A DNA stretch of 64,000 bases from the NCBI RefSeq assembly GCF_000497125.1, contig NC_090597.1, forward strand, positions 1,685,797 through 1,749,796, read 5' to 3'. The DNA is from Spironucleus salmonicida (Eukaryota). The stretch's first letter is position 1, and the number at the start of each line of letters is the position of its first letter. The translations under genes were made by a program, and so were the position numbers. The notes beneath the pieces were generated by a model, which made no database searches, was not told the DNA's origin, and saw only the letters and a program-made list of their open reading frames with translations. Below are positions 52,831 to 64,000 of the stretch, in pieces.

Positions 52831-55800
52831 TCACCAGAAAAATAGCAAAGTATCTTTACAAACATTTTGAAGAACTGCTATAATATTATTACAAAACTCA
52901 TCAAAATCAAGATGTTGAATTGAAAATTCTGTTAAAATTTTAGTCGCATTATAATAGTCACGTCCAGAGCAAAATATAAGCAATTAACATTGATATCTAC
53001 TAAACAAGGAGATAACTGTATCTGTCATCTCATTATAGTCAGCCAGAGTGAATAAGTGTACATCTACTTATTTTGTAGAATAAAAACTTGTATCTAAACT
53101 AATTTCTGATAGAGCTTATGAATTATTAATTAAACTAACAAACGATTCGTCTATCTCTAATTTTTATAACTACTAAAGTTACTAATTTGGAGATAGTATA
53201 CCTTATTAAAATCCAATAGAATACTAATCAAATATTACTACTTTTTTCTAAAGTTTAGAAAAATATGGTAAGAACTGCTTTTTATTAGACATAAGTAGTT
53301 CATTTCTAAATAAAAATAATTATTATTATGAATATGAATATTCTGTTCTCGTACAAGTGCTACCAAATTATAAAATCAAATTCTGCTTGTTATAAAATCT
53401 TCTTTGAACATCTGTTTAATCCATAGACTTTACATCACTTTAATGAATTATAATTTTAGGTACATATTTATAAAAATATTTTGATAGCTCATAGCCAATT
53501 TATTTCTATCCTTTGAATTTTGATCCAAAAATATTTTTATTCTCTTATTTAATTTTAAAGATCTAATTTTCTTTAATAGTACAGGTGGTACTCCGGTTAT
53601 GAGTTGATACTATGTCAATAAGAAATTAAACTTTTGCCTTTTATAATGCTCTATTTTATGTTTACCATATTGCATTTTGTAGTGATATTACTCTTTAAAA
53701 AGTTTCCTATTTAAATATTTATTCAAAAGGTAGAAATTAAAGTTAAAATGATATGAGTATTTTAGTAAAATTTTTAAATTAATAAAGAAATTTTTATAAA
53801 TAATCAATTATCAGTAAATGCGCAGTTTTATTTAATGGTATATCAATGTAATTGTTTAACAAACACTCTGGATCATATGGAAACCGACAGGTTGTGTTCA
53901 ACATGGTTAATAATTATATAAATTAACTAACATTGATTTACTATCTGGTTTCAAAAGACTAATTGATGATAACGTCGCTATAGTAAGTTTAATTATTTTC
54001 TTTACTATTAATTAATATCTTAGAATAATTAAATAATTCAAAGATTCGCTAAACTCGGTATTACTAAATACAATATAAAAAATTATTAATTTTTAAAATA
54101 ATAAGAATATCCTGTGTAAATGTCTTATAATCTTAAACCTTTAGTTATTTGAATTACAATTTTAACTCTTATATCAACTAATAATACTGTTATATCTATT
54201 ATTTATAAAATTCATTCGCTTAAAATTATAATATTTCTGGATTTTCTTCATAAATTGTATATATAAGGTGATCATTATCGCCAGTTAAAATTCTTTGTCG
54301 TTTACTGTATGATTTTGCCTTAAATTTGTAATTCTACTATTAAAGAATTAAATTATCATAAATTTTGATAATTTAACTCATTATTCTATCGATTTTGTTT
54401 GATTTAACTGAATCATCTTAGTCGTAAAAGTCTAAAATTTCTGGCATAAATGAATGTGTGAATAGTCTTTCTTTTTTAAGATTTAATTATTACTTTTTAT
54501 CTGCCTTTGAAAATCCTGTCAACAACTCAGGCCAAAACTCATGTGTTTAGGTATTCGAAATTTGCTTTTCTAATAAAACATAAGCATCAATAAGGTTATA
54601 TACTTACTCAGTAAGTTCATATTTTGAAATTAAAATTAATTCTAAAAACTATTAAAGTATTTAATATATTTGATACAAATATGATAGCTTACTTGGATAT
54701 ATTACAAAAACGACATTATTAGTAAGTAAAAACGTAGAATTAATAATTTCTATACAGTGAGCGAATACAGTAGAAATATCTGGATTTTTTGGATCATTAA
54801 TCAACCAATATTTAATGTATAATATTAGAATATGAAGATTCTAAATAAGATTTAGACAAGGACGCTATGATAATGATTATACTATTTTTTTAAGAACCTA
54901 TGAATCAATAATATAATTCTCTGCTGATTAAAAAGTAAAGCCATCATCTTTGCTGAAATCTAAGTAATATTTTTTAATTATTTTTTTAGTTTATCCATCT
55001 TATTTTTATTTATCCATTAGTACATGCAAAAATTAAATTTTAAGCTCAATAATCTTATCAATATTAATCTAATAAGAAGATTTTTACAAAAAGGTTTATG
55101 TGGAATTAATAAAGAGCCCGATTAATTATGATTTATCTTATACCATAAATTTTAGCTAACTATTTGTCTCATCTACTGAAAATATCATTGAATATGCTTT
55201 AGTTAAAACATTTGTATTTGCTTTAAGTATTAAGTAGTGTAATAGTTATTTTCCAAAGAATAAATTTTCTACTACAGTAAGAGGATACTATAAATTCTCA
55301 TTCCACGTTTAGTTAGCATAAAAGGAAATATTATATCCATTCATGTATGATAAGGCATGAACCTCATATAATAATACTAATGTTTTCTACTTTTCTGAAA
55401 GTCCTGTATCTTATTTAAGAAGTTGGCAAATTAGTAAAGTCGTTGCATATTATTAGTTTTTTAACAAAAATTATAAAAAGTATTATATGCTATCAATAAC
55501 TGTTTAATACTTAAGTTAATTAAGGTGATCTACAATACTATTTTCAAATTCTGTAAATTGCTACTTTACTCTATAAACTGAATTGCAACCATGTTTAATA
55601 TAAACTCTACATAACTATGATTATAATTAAATAAGTATTTCTTTATCTTATTATTGTTCGATTAACTATTATAAAATAATAATAGCACTTTGGATTTTAT
55701 TTGCTTTAATATAACTTTCAACTCTCTTAAAGTAAATATCCATTTAGTTTAAACTAATATCTAGATCTACTTAAACTGTATTGTATGATGATAAATAATC

Positions 55801-57438
55801 GTTTTCAGACGAGTCAATATGTTCTCTTTTAATATCTATATCTTTAAGCTATTCGAGACTTTTAATTGTCTTTGGAAATTTATACAAATCTTCTATGTTA
55901 AAAATATCAAAATGTGTTCTGATATCATGTATAACAGTTGTATTAGATAATGCTTAGCAATAAAAATATTGTGCAAATGAGAATTACAAAATTTAAGCAA
56001 ATGCATCTGCAATAAATAATGATAGCTTTTCTGACTTATCCAATTTATATTCAGATAATAAAATCTCTAGAATGCTATCATAGTCTCCTAAATCTTATAG
56101 TAAAGATACAATTTATTAAATTAACAAAAACTTCTATACGCTTCTTGATGTAAGAAGCAAGGGTCGAATAAGAGATACCTTTAATTGGTTGAAACCTTCA
56201 ATATTCTGAGCAATTTACTACAAAACATTCAGCGAATAAAATCCGGCCTAACTTAAGTCTGATAAAATTTCAATACTTTGATAAACTTAGATAGAAGCTA
56301 AAGGATCGGTAAGTACTAGTGTATCACTTTCCTAATTAGAAAAAAAATCTTTTATGTATTATGATGCTAACTCACAAGGAAATAATAAATTTTGTAGAAT
56401 TTCAACAGGATATCTTATTGATGTCATAGACAATAATAATGAACAACAAGAAAGGGAATTACCAATAGCCTCTACGAATTTCAATTATTTATCACCTAAT
56501 TTGATTGTATAGTATTCAATATCTGAGTCTAATGATGATGAAGCTAATTATGATTTTTACTTAATATTTAGCGGTTTTTATTTTAATATATAACGTCTTA
56601 CCACTCGCAATAAAAAATCATCTTACAATTCTTTAAAGGTTACTGGGCTAACATAATTAATAATACAAACTAAAGCTTAAATTATTTCGAATAATACATT
56701 CATTTCAAAAAATGTTCTATGGTCAGTATTACTAAGTATTAAGACATATTACTATTTCTATACAACAATTTTGAATAAATCTTCTGATAAAAAACACTCG
56801 TTCATAATGTGCTTGATATTAACAGTAGTATGTTTTACCTCATCATCAGATAGTAAATCAATATTATCTAATAAAGAAATATTTAATATAGCCTTTGCAT
56901 ACATTTAAAACTTATGTGATTACAGAAGACCTATAATATATTAAAACTAGGAAGTATAGAAAGTTATTGTCGATTTATCACAATACTTAACTAATAATTT
57001 AAAAATATTCAGATATATAGTTAAATCATCTTAAGTTAATAATAATATTTTAACTTATGTAAACAATGGTAAGAACTATTTTAAATCAATTACCTAATCA
57101 TTAAGAACATATAAATAAAGTTATGTCAACCGGTCCTTAAACCCTATATTAATGATGTCCTAGAGTTCAATTTAATTTGCTGTAGATAGATTATCCATAA
57201 TGTTTTAAATTATATTGAGCTCTGTGATAAACTTTGAATTTCTATTTAGTGTGAAATTTAATGATATCTATGTGCTTTATGTAAACGTTGGAGACCTTAA
57301 AGATTCGTATTAATTGATTAAAAGATCATTATGAAAATCTAATCTATTTGATTATTTTTCTAAAACTATTAATGGTTTGGGTTATTAAATCTATTACACT
57401 ACACAATCTGAACCCCAATCAGATGAGTCAGAATCCAT
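52831..57438 (-). CDS. Large helical (HEAT/ARM-like) hypothetical protein, ~1535 aa
   Basis: MDSDSSDWGSDC start in frame with TGA at 52831; open at all points checked; could hide an internal gene boundary. Confidence 0.5.
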
Positions 57439-57623
57439 TTTAATAGGAAAATTTTAATATATATAATATTATAAATGATACTAAATATGTTGCTTAGATT
57501 GTTATAATCTAGTAAATTATATTATAATTATAATTTTTTATTTAGTTTTAAAACAGATTCAATTGGATATAAATTATCTAATAATATCATATTTTAATTT
57601 TTTGTAAACACTAGTTTAGGATA

Positions 57624-58046
57624 ATGGGGTGCTAGTAGACAGAAATATCACCAGATATCTAAAAACATATTAAATAACTATAGCTTAATAATGATAATCA
57701 ATATCTACAACATGTATTATAGGTTTAATAAATTTCAATTGAAGAAACTTGCTTTTACTGCCTTTAAAAATCTCCTTCGTTTGAGCTTCTTTGCGGACAT
57801 AAATATCACTCACAATGTGTTTAAAACTAATATAAAAGTTAACAAATTTGTGAATGTGGGTATGATTTTCTTACTGATGTTTTGCCCGTCCTATTTTGTG
57901 TTGAATAAGAATGTTCAATATGTTTTGAAAAATGCTTAAATGATATCAAAAGGCTATAATGTGGTCATATTCTTCATTAACAATGTTTTAATGATTTATT
58001 AGCATTTAGTAAACGGTGCCCTGTTTGTCGATCTGCTATAGAATGA
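57624..58046 (+). CDS. Tandem RING-finger protein with MGC N-terminus, ~140 aa
   Basis: CFYC..CGHKYHSQC..CEC and CSICFE..CGHILHQQC..CPVCR. Confidence 0.8.
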
Positions 58047-58520
58047 TATATATTTTTTCTGATTTTATGAAATCATTACAAATAATTTTATATTTTATGC
58101 AAATAAAATTATATGCAATTGATAGTTATTACATTCATATAATTTAAAGCGCCAAGCGTTTATTTATAGAGATTATAGTTGATTTATGAGTAACTTATAT
58201 GACATAATTTTCGTCAAATTAATTAGCTAAGTATAAGTGAAAATCTATTATATTAAAAAATTACCACTTAGGTCTTAACAAATGACAGTAATTATATTGA
58301 AGATATGCTATATAAAATAATAGAAATCTATAAAATTGTGCCAGATTTATAAAATATTTTAGATTGCTAGTTAAAAAATTAATGATGCAATTCCTAGTTG
58401 ATGCTTTAAATTTAGTATAAGATTTAAATATGGCGTAAAATATAGATGTATTGAAAATACTTTTCAGTTTAAAATGTTTATTTAAATAATATAAAGAGTA
58501 AATTCATATATGGAAAAGAA

Positions 58521-59174
58521 TCAGAAGTAATTAATTTAGTAATAAATATAACTAAATCCAGACATAGAGATAAATATAATAAGATTATCATCAAAACCCT
58601 ATGTATTAAATTCAATAATGGCACTAATTATACTAAATATTATAGCATCAATAAGTTCAAATTTAAAAATATAAAATCCCAAAACACCCCCAATAATAAA
58701 TAGAGCTAATCCTTAATATGTTTTCTAACCAGTTTTTTTAGTTTTAAATAATTCACCATAACCTGCAAAACCATCACCGAATGTGAAGCAAATTAATCCT
58801 ACCAAAATATACTTTTATATTCCATAATATCTTGAAAATGGCCATAAAGCCCACAGTATACCATAATAAATAACACCATTAATTTTTGAAGAAGAAGGTC
58901 TAGAAATAAGGGCAAGTAGAGGCGTAATATTGAATTATTATGCGACAAAGAAAATAAAAGAAGATTATAATGGAATTAATGCTGCTAGAGATGCAGATTT
59001 GAGGGTAAATATTTAATGTTATAATGAAAAAAAGAAAACTGGACCAGCCATTATATGTAATGCTTTTCTTACGGAATATTGGCTAATATATTAAAATAAT
59101 GCCAATGATACAAATAATATAAATATATTAACAGCAGCTTGGATGATTGAAGCATAATTATTTAAGAAACTCAT
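58521..59174 (-). CDS. CTP-dependent polyprenol (phytol/farnesol/dolichol) kinase family, ~217 aa
   Basis: RKALHI, FGDGFAG, KTYQG, DDNL motifs in a polytopic membrane protein. Confidence 0.85.
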
Positions 59175-59622
59175 TATTAGGAAAGGTTATAAATGTATCA
59201 TAAATTATAAGTTATTATACGATAATAAATTATCTAAAGTGCAAAACTTTATTATTGAAATATAATATAGTTTAACATGATAATTAGAATTTCTAGGTCA
59301 AAGGAAAATAAATTTGGTATAATAAGAGTCTAGGTATTGATACTTAACTATAGTATATTAGTTATTAGAAATTCATTAAAGTTCCTATATATTTTTAAGC
59401 AGTTCGTTAAATTAATATCAATATGACTTATTCATTTAAACGCTTTATTACTATAGAAGTAATAGAATATAGTTGTTATCAACAATATGAATATGGCTAT
59501 AAGTAAGTATATTATTAACAATGGTTAAGGACAAAATATATTTATCATTCAAAAATGAATCCAAAAGTAATGATAAGTGCAGTCTTCAAAAAATAATTAA
59601 TATCCTAATAATCTTATAAATA

Positions 59623-60882
59623 TCATATTACTTCTACTTAAACTTTTTCAACATCGCTTACCCATAAAGTTTATACTTTATTTTAGGCATTTATAAACTG
59701 CATATCTTTTACATAAACACCACTTAGAGAATAATTTTCAATCTTATAGCTGCATATTGTATATGGTAATTTAGATATTGATTCGGTAAATTTAACAGTA
59801 ATTTCGCCTTATTTTTAGGATTCTGAAATTTACCATAGCAAAAGCTACTATCGATCTGTATAATTTAGTGAAACTGTGCCGTTACTGGATGTATTAGAAA
59901 CAACTTGATAATTAGCCAAATAAATTTTTATTTTTAATTAAGATAGTTTAGGAGTACCAAACACATCTGATTTTTTCATTTCAGAAATATTATATGTAAT
60001 TTTATAGTCATACCCTTAATTATCTAAATTTTAAAATACTCTAAAAGTGATCGGAAGAGATTATTTTTATAAGCAAGAAGAATATTAGCAAATATTTTAT
60101 ACTCCGTCCTTAGGTACAAAAACTAGTTTTTGACTGTTATTAAATTATACGGAAGAAATATTTTCGTATAATCGAACATTACTCATATTTCTAATATCAA
60201 TATTACACTAAGGAGATGCACTGACTTCAGTCTAAGCAGATATATTACCTACTAAACATGCTGATTTAACAATACCATCTTCAGATTATATTAAATGAAC
60301 ACGCTCTGCAATTGTAATCAGTTATTTATTTAAGATATAAACGATATTTTTATTTCTATAGTTGCAACTATAATCATATTATAAATCGATTTTATCATTG
60401 TTTAGGACATATCGAGTGGTTGATGGTGAATTTTATGTTTTTGGTACAATAAAATTAATAATACTTTCAACAGAGGAACCAAAGTTAGTTGCCATAGGAA
60501 TCAGTTTGTGAAGTATATTTGATTCTTGAAAATTAGGATAACCATTTTATGTTAGTTGATTTATAATTTAAAATACTAGATAGTCATTTTTTATAATATC
60601 ATTAACGTTACATATAGAATAAGTTTCAAGATGCTAAAAAATGTGAATTATAAATTCGAATAAGAATGCTTAATTGTTATCTGATTTAGCTAGAATAATA
60701 ACAAAATAATCTACTTTTTACTCCCATAAAATTATATGATCTCTAAACCATGTTATATTATCGTATTCTTATGTTTACATTGCCAATAAAAATTCCTATA
60801 TAAGTAGCCGCTATTTCTATGCTTAAAATTCCTTTTGAACTAAAATCTACGAATCTGACGTACAATAAATTGAATTAAACAT
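59623..60882 (-). CDS. Adaptor complex medium (mu) chain, AP-3-like, ~419 aa
   Basis: Longin N-terminus, NGYPNFQESNILHKLIP, LVFVPKDG, YSLSGVYV. Confidence 0.75.
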
Positions 60883-60932
60883 TTTATTTATAATATTATT
60901 TATAATATAATACTATATCAACACTATTAATA

Positions 60933-62159
60933 ATGAAACGCTCTTTTTCACCATAAAATTATACGAAAGTATAAATAGCTAAGCTATTCAAGCTGAAACC
61001 AGGCACTACTGACCGTTTTGATATAAGAAATAGGCTTATCTTGCGTGAGTATATTTCTGACACTATCGGTGAAGATCAAGTTAATTCTATTAATACCGAA
61101 AATCCGATATACTCATTCCCCACAGCTTTTTATAATGATATTGATCCAGTTCGCACGATTTTGCATGATTTCCATAACTCCTAGGCTTACACCCCAAATT
61201 GGCTCTATACAACACCCGCAGACGAAATTGTTTTTGAGATTTACCACATTTCCGAGGCGGTGGGTTGTGCTCATTATCTTGCAAATTGTACTTTCGGGTG
61301 TAAAAAATGTGAAAACTTATACGGCTGTAAGTACTGCCATGATGGAGTTGAGGACCACACATTTTGCCTATCGGAAATTTGCTGCAGAGACTGCAAGAAA
61401 TTATAAAATTTCAGCTCAAAATGTTAATTTTGCGATCTCAAGTTCGGAGAAGTTTCATGCTAGCCATGTAGTTTTATATGCCACATTGGAACTGATATAA
61501 AACCTTTTTTTCACTGCAATGAATGTGGACACTGCAGAGTTGGAAAATAGGATGATTTTATTCATTGTAAAAAGTGCAAACGTTGTATTGGAAAGGAGGA
61601 AGTGCTAAGTCATATTTGCAAAGAGTTAGGGACGTGTAGTATTTGTTTAGACGAAATTGAGCAAAGCAATAAAGGCTTCCTGATGCCAAACTGTGGACAT
61701 GCGATTCATGGGCATTGTATGGACTAACTGCGTGGAATTAGCTGCCCGGTTTGTCGTAAAACGCTTTTGGATGACAATCGAATCGAACAAATTAAGTATA
61801 AGATGTAGGCCGACAGAGGCAAGAAGATCACACCAGAAATATTTTGTAAAGGCCAATGCTGGGATTGCATGGAGATGTTTGTTTCACCAGTTGCTGGAGT
61901 AATTTGCTAAAAGTGTAGGTTCGTAAATTGTGAGCGTTAAGATCAGGCGTCAAAGGATGAATACACTGCTTATAAAAATAAATTTAAAAATTTTTTCGAA
62001 ATTGATAGAGTTGTAGGTATAGAGGAGGCACTTTAAATGGTTGATGGCGAAGATATTTTGAATTACACACAAAATAATAGAGACAACAATTTAATTTTCC
62101 ACTTATATAATAGAATTAATGATATGATTGCAAGTAGAGGAGTTGAAAGTGAAAAATGA
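60933..62159 (+). CDS. RCHY1: CHY zinc finger / RING E3 ligase Pirh2-like, ~408 aa
   Basis: GCAHY..C..CKKC..YGCKYCHD, FHCNECGHCRVG, CSICLD..CGHAIHGHC..CPVC. Confidence 0.9.
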
Positions 62160-62163
62160 TATA

Positions 62164-62439
62164 TCATTAAACTTTCCATTTACTTTATTGTTTTGGTTTG
62201 ACAACCATTTCAACTTTTTAAGTAAAGTTTTCTATGCATACATCAGAAAATTAAATAGACACAATGGTGTCTTTTTTAATTTAAATTGTGCTAAATACTT
62301 AGTTATCTGATGTAATACAGTTTACCATTACTATAGATACCGGTGTATAGGCTTATAATATACCTGATATCGATGTTGTATTTGTTGTAACAAATACAGC
62401 TTCGCCTGTTGATTGTTATAAATACTAGTCTGGTTACAT
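62164..62439 (-). CDS. Divergent Sm/LSm-fold protein (LSm4/SmD3-like), 91 aa
   Basis: MQPDQYLQQSTGEAVFVTTNTTSISGILQAYTPVSIVMVNC...FSTIQIKKDTIVSIQFSD: Sm1/Sm2 hydrophobic pattern. Confidence 0.55.
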
Positions 62440-62489
62440 TTAGTCGAATGATAATATTTATATATAATATAGTATTAAATATCTTAATA
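62440..62489. promoter_or_regulatory. Putative 50-bp bidirectional promoter
   Basis: Only spacer between two divergent ATGs; contains ATATTTATATATAATATAG tract. Confidence 0.5.
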
Positions 62490-62720
62490 ATGAAAATAAT
62501 GGTCTTGAATTTAAGTAAAAAACGAAGTAAGAATGCATTAAGATCTGATTTAGGATATTTTTTAGAATATTATGGTTAGATATAAAGGCTAGATATAATA
62601 AGATCTTCTAATTCTTGTTATGCTATTGCCTAATTTATTAACTGCAATGCAATGGCTGAATTATAAGCAAACCAAATAGTATTTTAAGGAAAAAATTTAT
62701 TATTTAAAGAATATAAGTGA
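62490..62720 (+). CDS. Single-RRM protein, U1A/U2B''(SNF)-like, 76 aa
   Basis: KIMVLNLSKKRSKNALRSDLGYFLEYYGQIQRLDIIRS...YAIAQF...FQGKNLLFKEYK; ends AAG TGA. Confidence 0.6.
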
Positions 62721-62734
62721 AATTTATTACGAAC

Positions 62735-64000
62735 TCACCAAGGTAAATCTCTTACCATTTCCATATCTTTTTCTTTTGCTACAATTTTCATAGTCTACTC
62801 AATAGGAACTTTAGCATAAACAATTTTATTTGCTTCAGGAACAACACGAACAATATCTTTTGGAACCGATTGTACTGTTCTCTAGTTAATGGTTTGCCCA
62901 CAAAAAGTTTTCGGAGCAATATGATCAAATCTTTTCAACGTGGTTTTTAGAAGTTCTTTGGGAATCATTTTTTCTGCTTCTCTACGTTCATTCCATGTAG
63001 TAGAAAATCCAGATACTTGGCGATCAGGGTTAGGATTTTTCTACCAATCACCCAATGGTTCTGGCTGATACCCTCTTTTAAAATCATGCCTGATAGGATA
63101 GCACTCTGCACCAGGACCTGGCAGTCTTCCAACAACTTCAGGGCAACATGAAAACTCATGAGCATGAAGATTTGAACCAGCTACTGGAATAATTCTTGGG
63201 TCTGTTCCTTTAGGATATGTCTTCTTAATAACTAGTTCAGATGCTGCTGGAACATAAGGTGGAGGATCTAAATCTGTTGGTCTTTCTAAAATTGGTACTT
63301 TTTTAAGATAACCCGTCTAATAACCTGGACATTATGGGTGTTATGCATCAGATTTAAAGAAGTCAGGATTTTTATAAGTTTGGCTAATTGAGGGTGGTTT
63401 CGGGTATCTATCTTTTGCCTAAATATTATGATATTCTTAACCTATTTAATCCGATGCAAAATCAGTTGATTTTTAATTAAAATTATAATCTCTCGTCATA
63501 GTCTCTTTCCATTTATTTGCAGAAGTTAATTCTTCAATTTTAGTTTTCTACCCCCGCTTTGCCGAACAATCATCTGTTAGGGTATTATCAATAATAGTAT
63601 CTCTATAACCATATTTAAATTTCTTCTTCCATTCTTTTTCTTCTTTGTATCCAATAATATCATCAGTTCGCATATTATCAGTTTTCACATAGTCACGAGA
63701 ATTCCAAAGTTACTAACGATATGGAACTGTATGCGAAAGTCCCTCCATTGACATTTCTTCAGCTCCTTTCCAATCATACCTAGTATTGAGCATATCACAT
63801 TTTTATCTTTCCAATTATTTTTTGTGTCTGACTATATCTGTAACATCAAGCATTTAGTCTTTTTCTCTTGGGTTTACAGCTACCTCAACTTTTCGCTAGT
63901 ATGATATATCACTACAATCTGTAATATTCTTCAGTGTATGCTCCCGAATATGACCAAGATTGGTGTTAATTAATTTTGACTTATGTGTTAGCCCTTAAAT
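62735..64000 (-). CDS. Hypothetical hydrophilic Pro/Asp/Arg-rich protein, 5' end outside window
   Basis: Frame open from the window edge to ...EMVRDLPW TGA; recurring xDI-type motifs. Confidence 0.55.

Noticed and set aside
58050-58520. Possible short ORFs in this gap and at 8790-9084, 16750-17127, 23970-24320, 59180-59620
   Set aside because: With a single stop codon, 70-100 codon frames arise readily; no motif or clear start/stop context supports a call
61045-61902. Track ORFs 61045..61500, 61090..61362, 61647..61856, 61693..61902 (likewise 7654..7968, 15786..16079, 25285..25632, 31480..31710)
   Set aside because: Alternative-frame or antisense shadows of well-supported table-6 genes

Overview
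Very AT-rich, gene-dense eukaryotic DNA with no introns detected. It uses a non-standard nuclear code (TAA/TAG = Gln, TGA the only stop; translation table 6), so the supplied standard-code ORF track fragments almost every gene. Re-translated by eye with table 6, the window holds about 40 tightly packed genes, usually 0-100 bp apart. Many stops sit inside an AGTGA motif, and an [FeFe]-hydrogenase and a bacterial-type NADH oxidase are present. This combination points to a hexamitid diplomonad (Spironucleus/Hexamita-like); that is an inference and the species is not determined. Recognisable genes include RPL3, LC8, SAS-6, PP2A B'', a PP2A-family catalytic subunit, RPC40, POLD2, CPSF73, an ABCA and an MFS transporter, CorA/Mrs2, Rrp40, an AP mu chain and Pirh2. 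The best leads are highly divergent candidates for machinery thought reduced or lost in diplomonads. These are a head-to-head pair of tiny Sm/LSm-fold and U1A/U2B''-like RRM genes, a Prp39-like HAT protein, an eIF4G-like MIF4G protein and an NADH oxidase lacking its redox cysteine. No tRNA, rRNA, mobile element or CRISPR was recognised. Calls come from manual translation and remembered motifs, not database searches; long hypothetical ORFs were spot-checked for frame, not read codon by codon.
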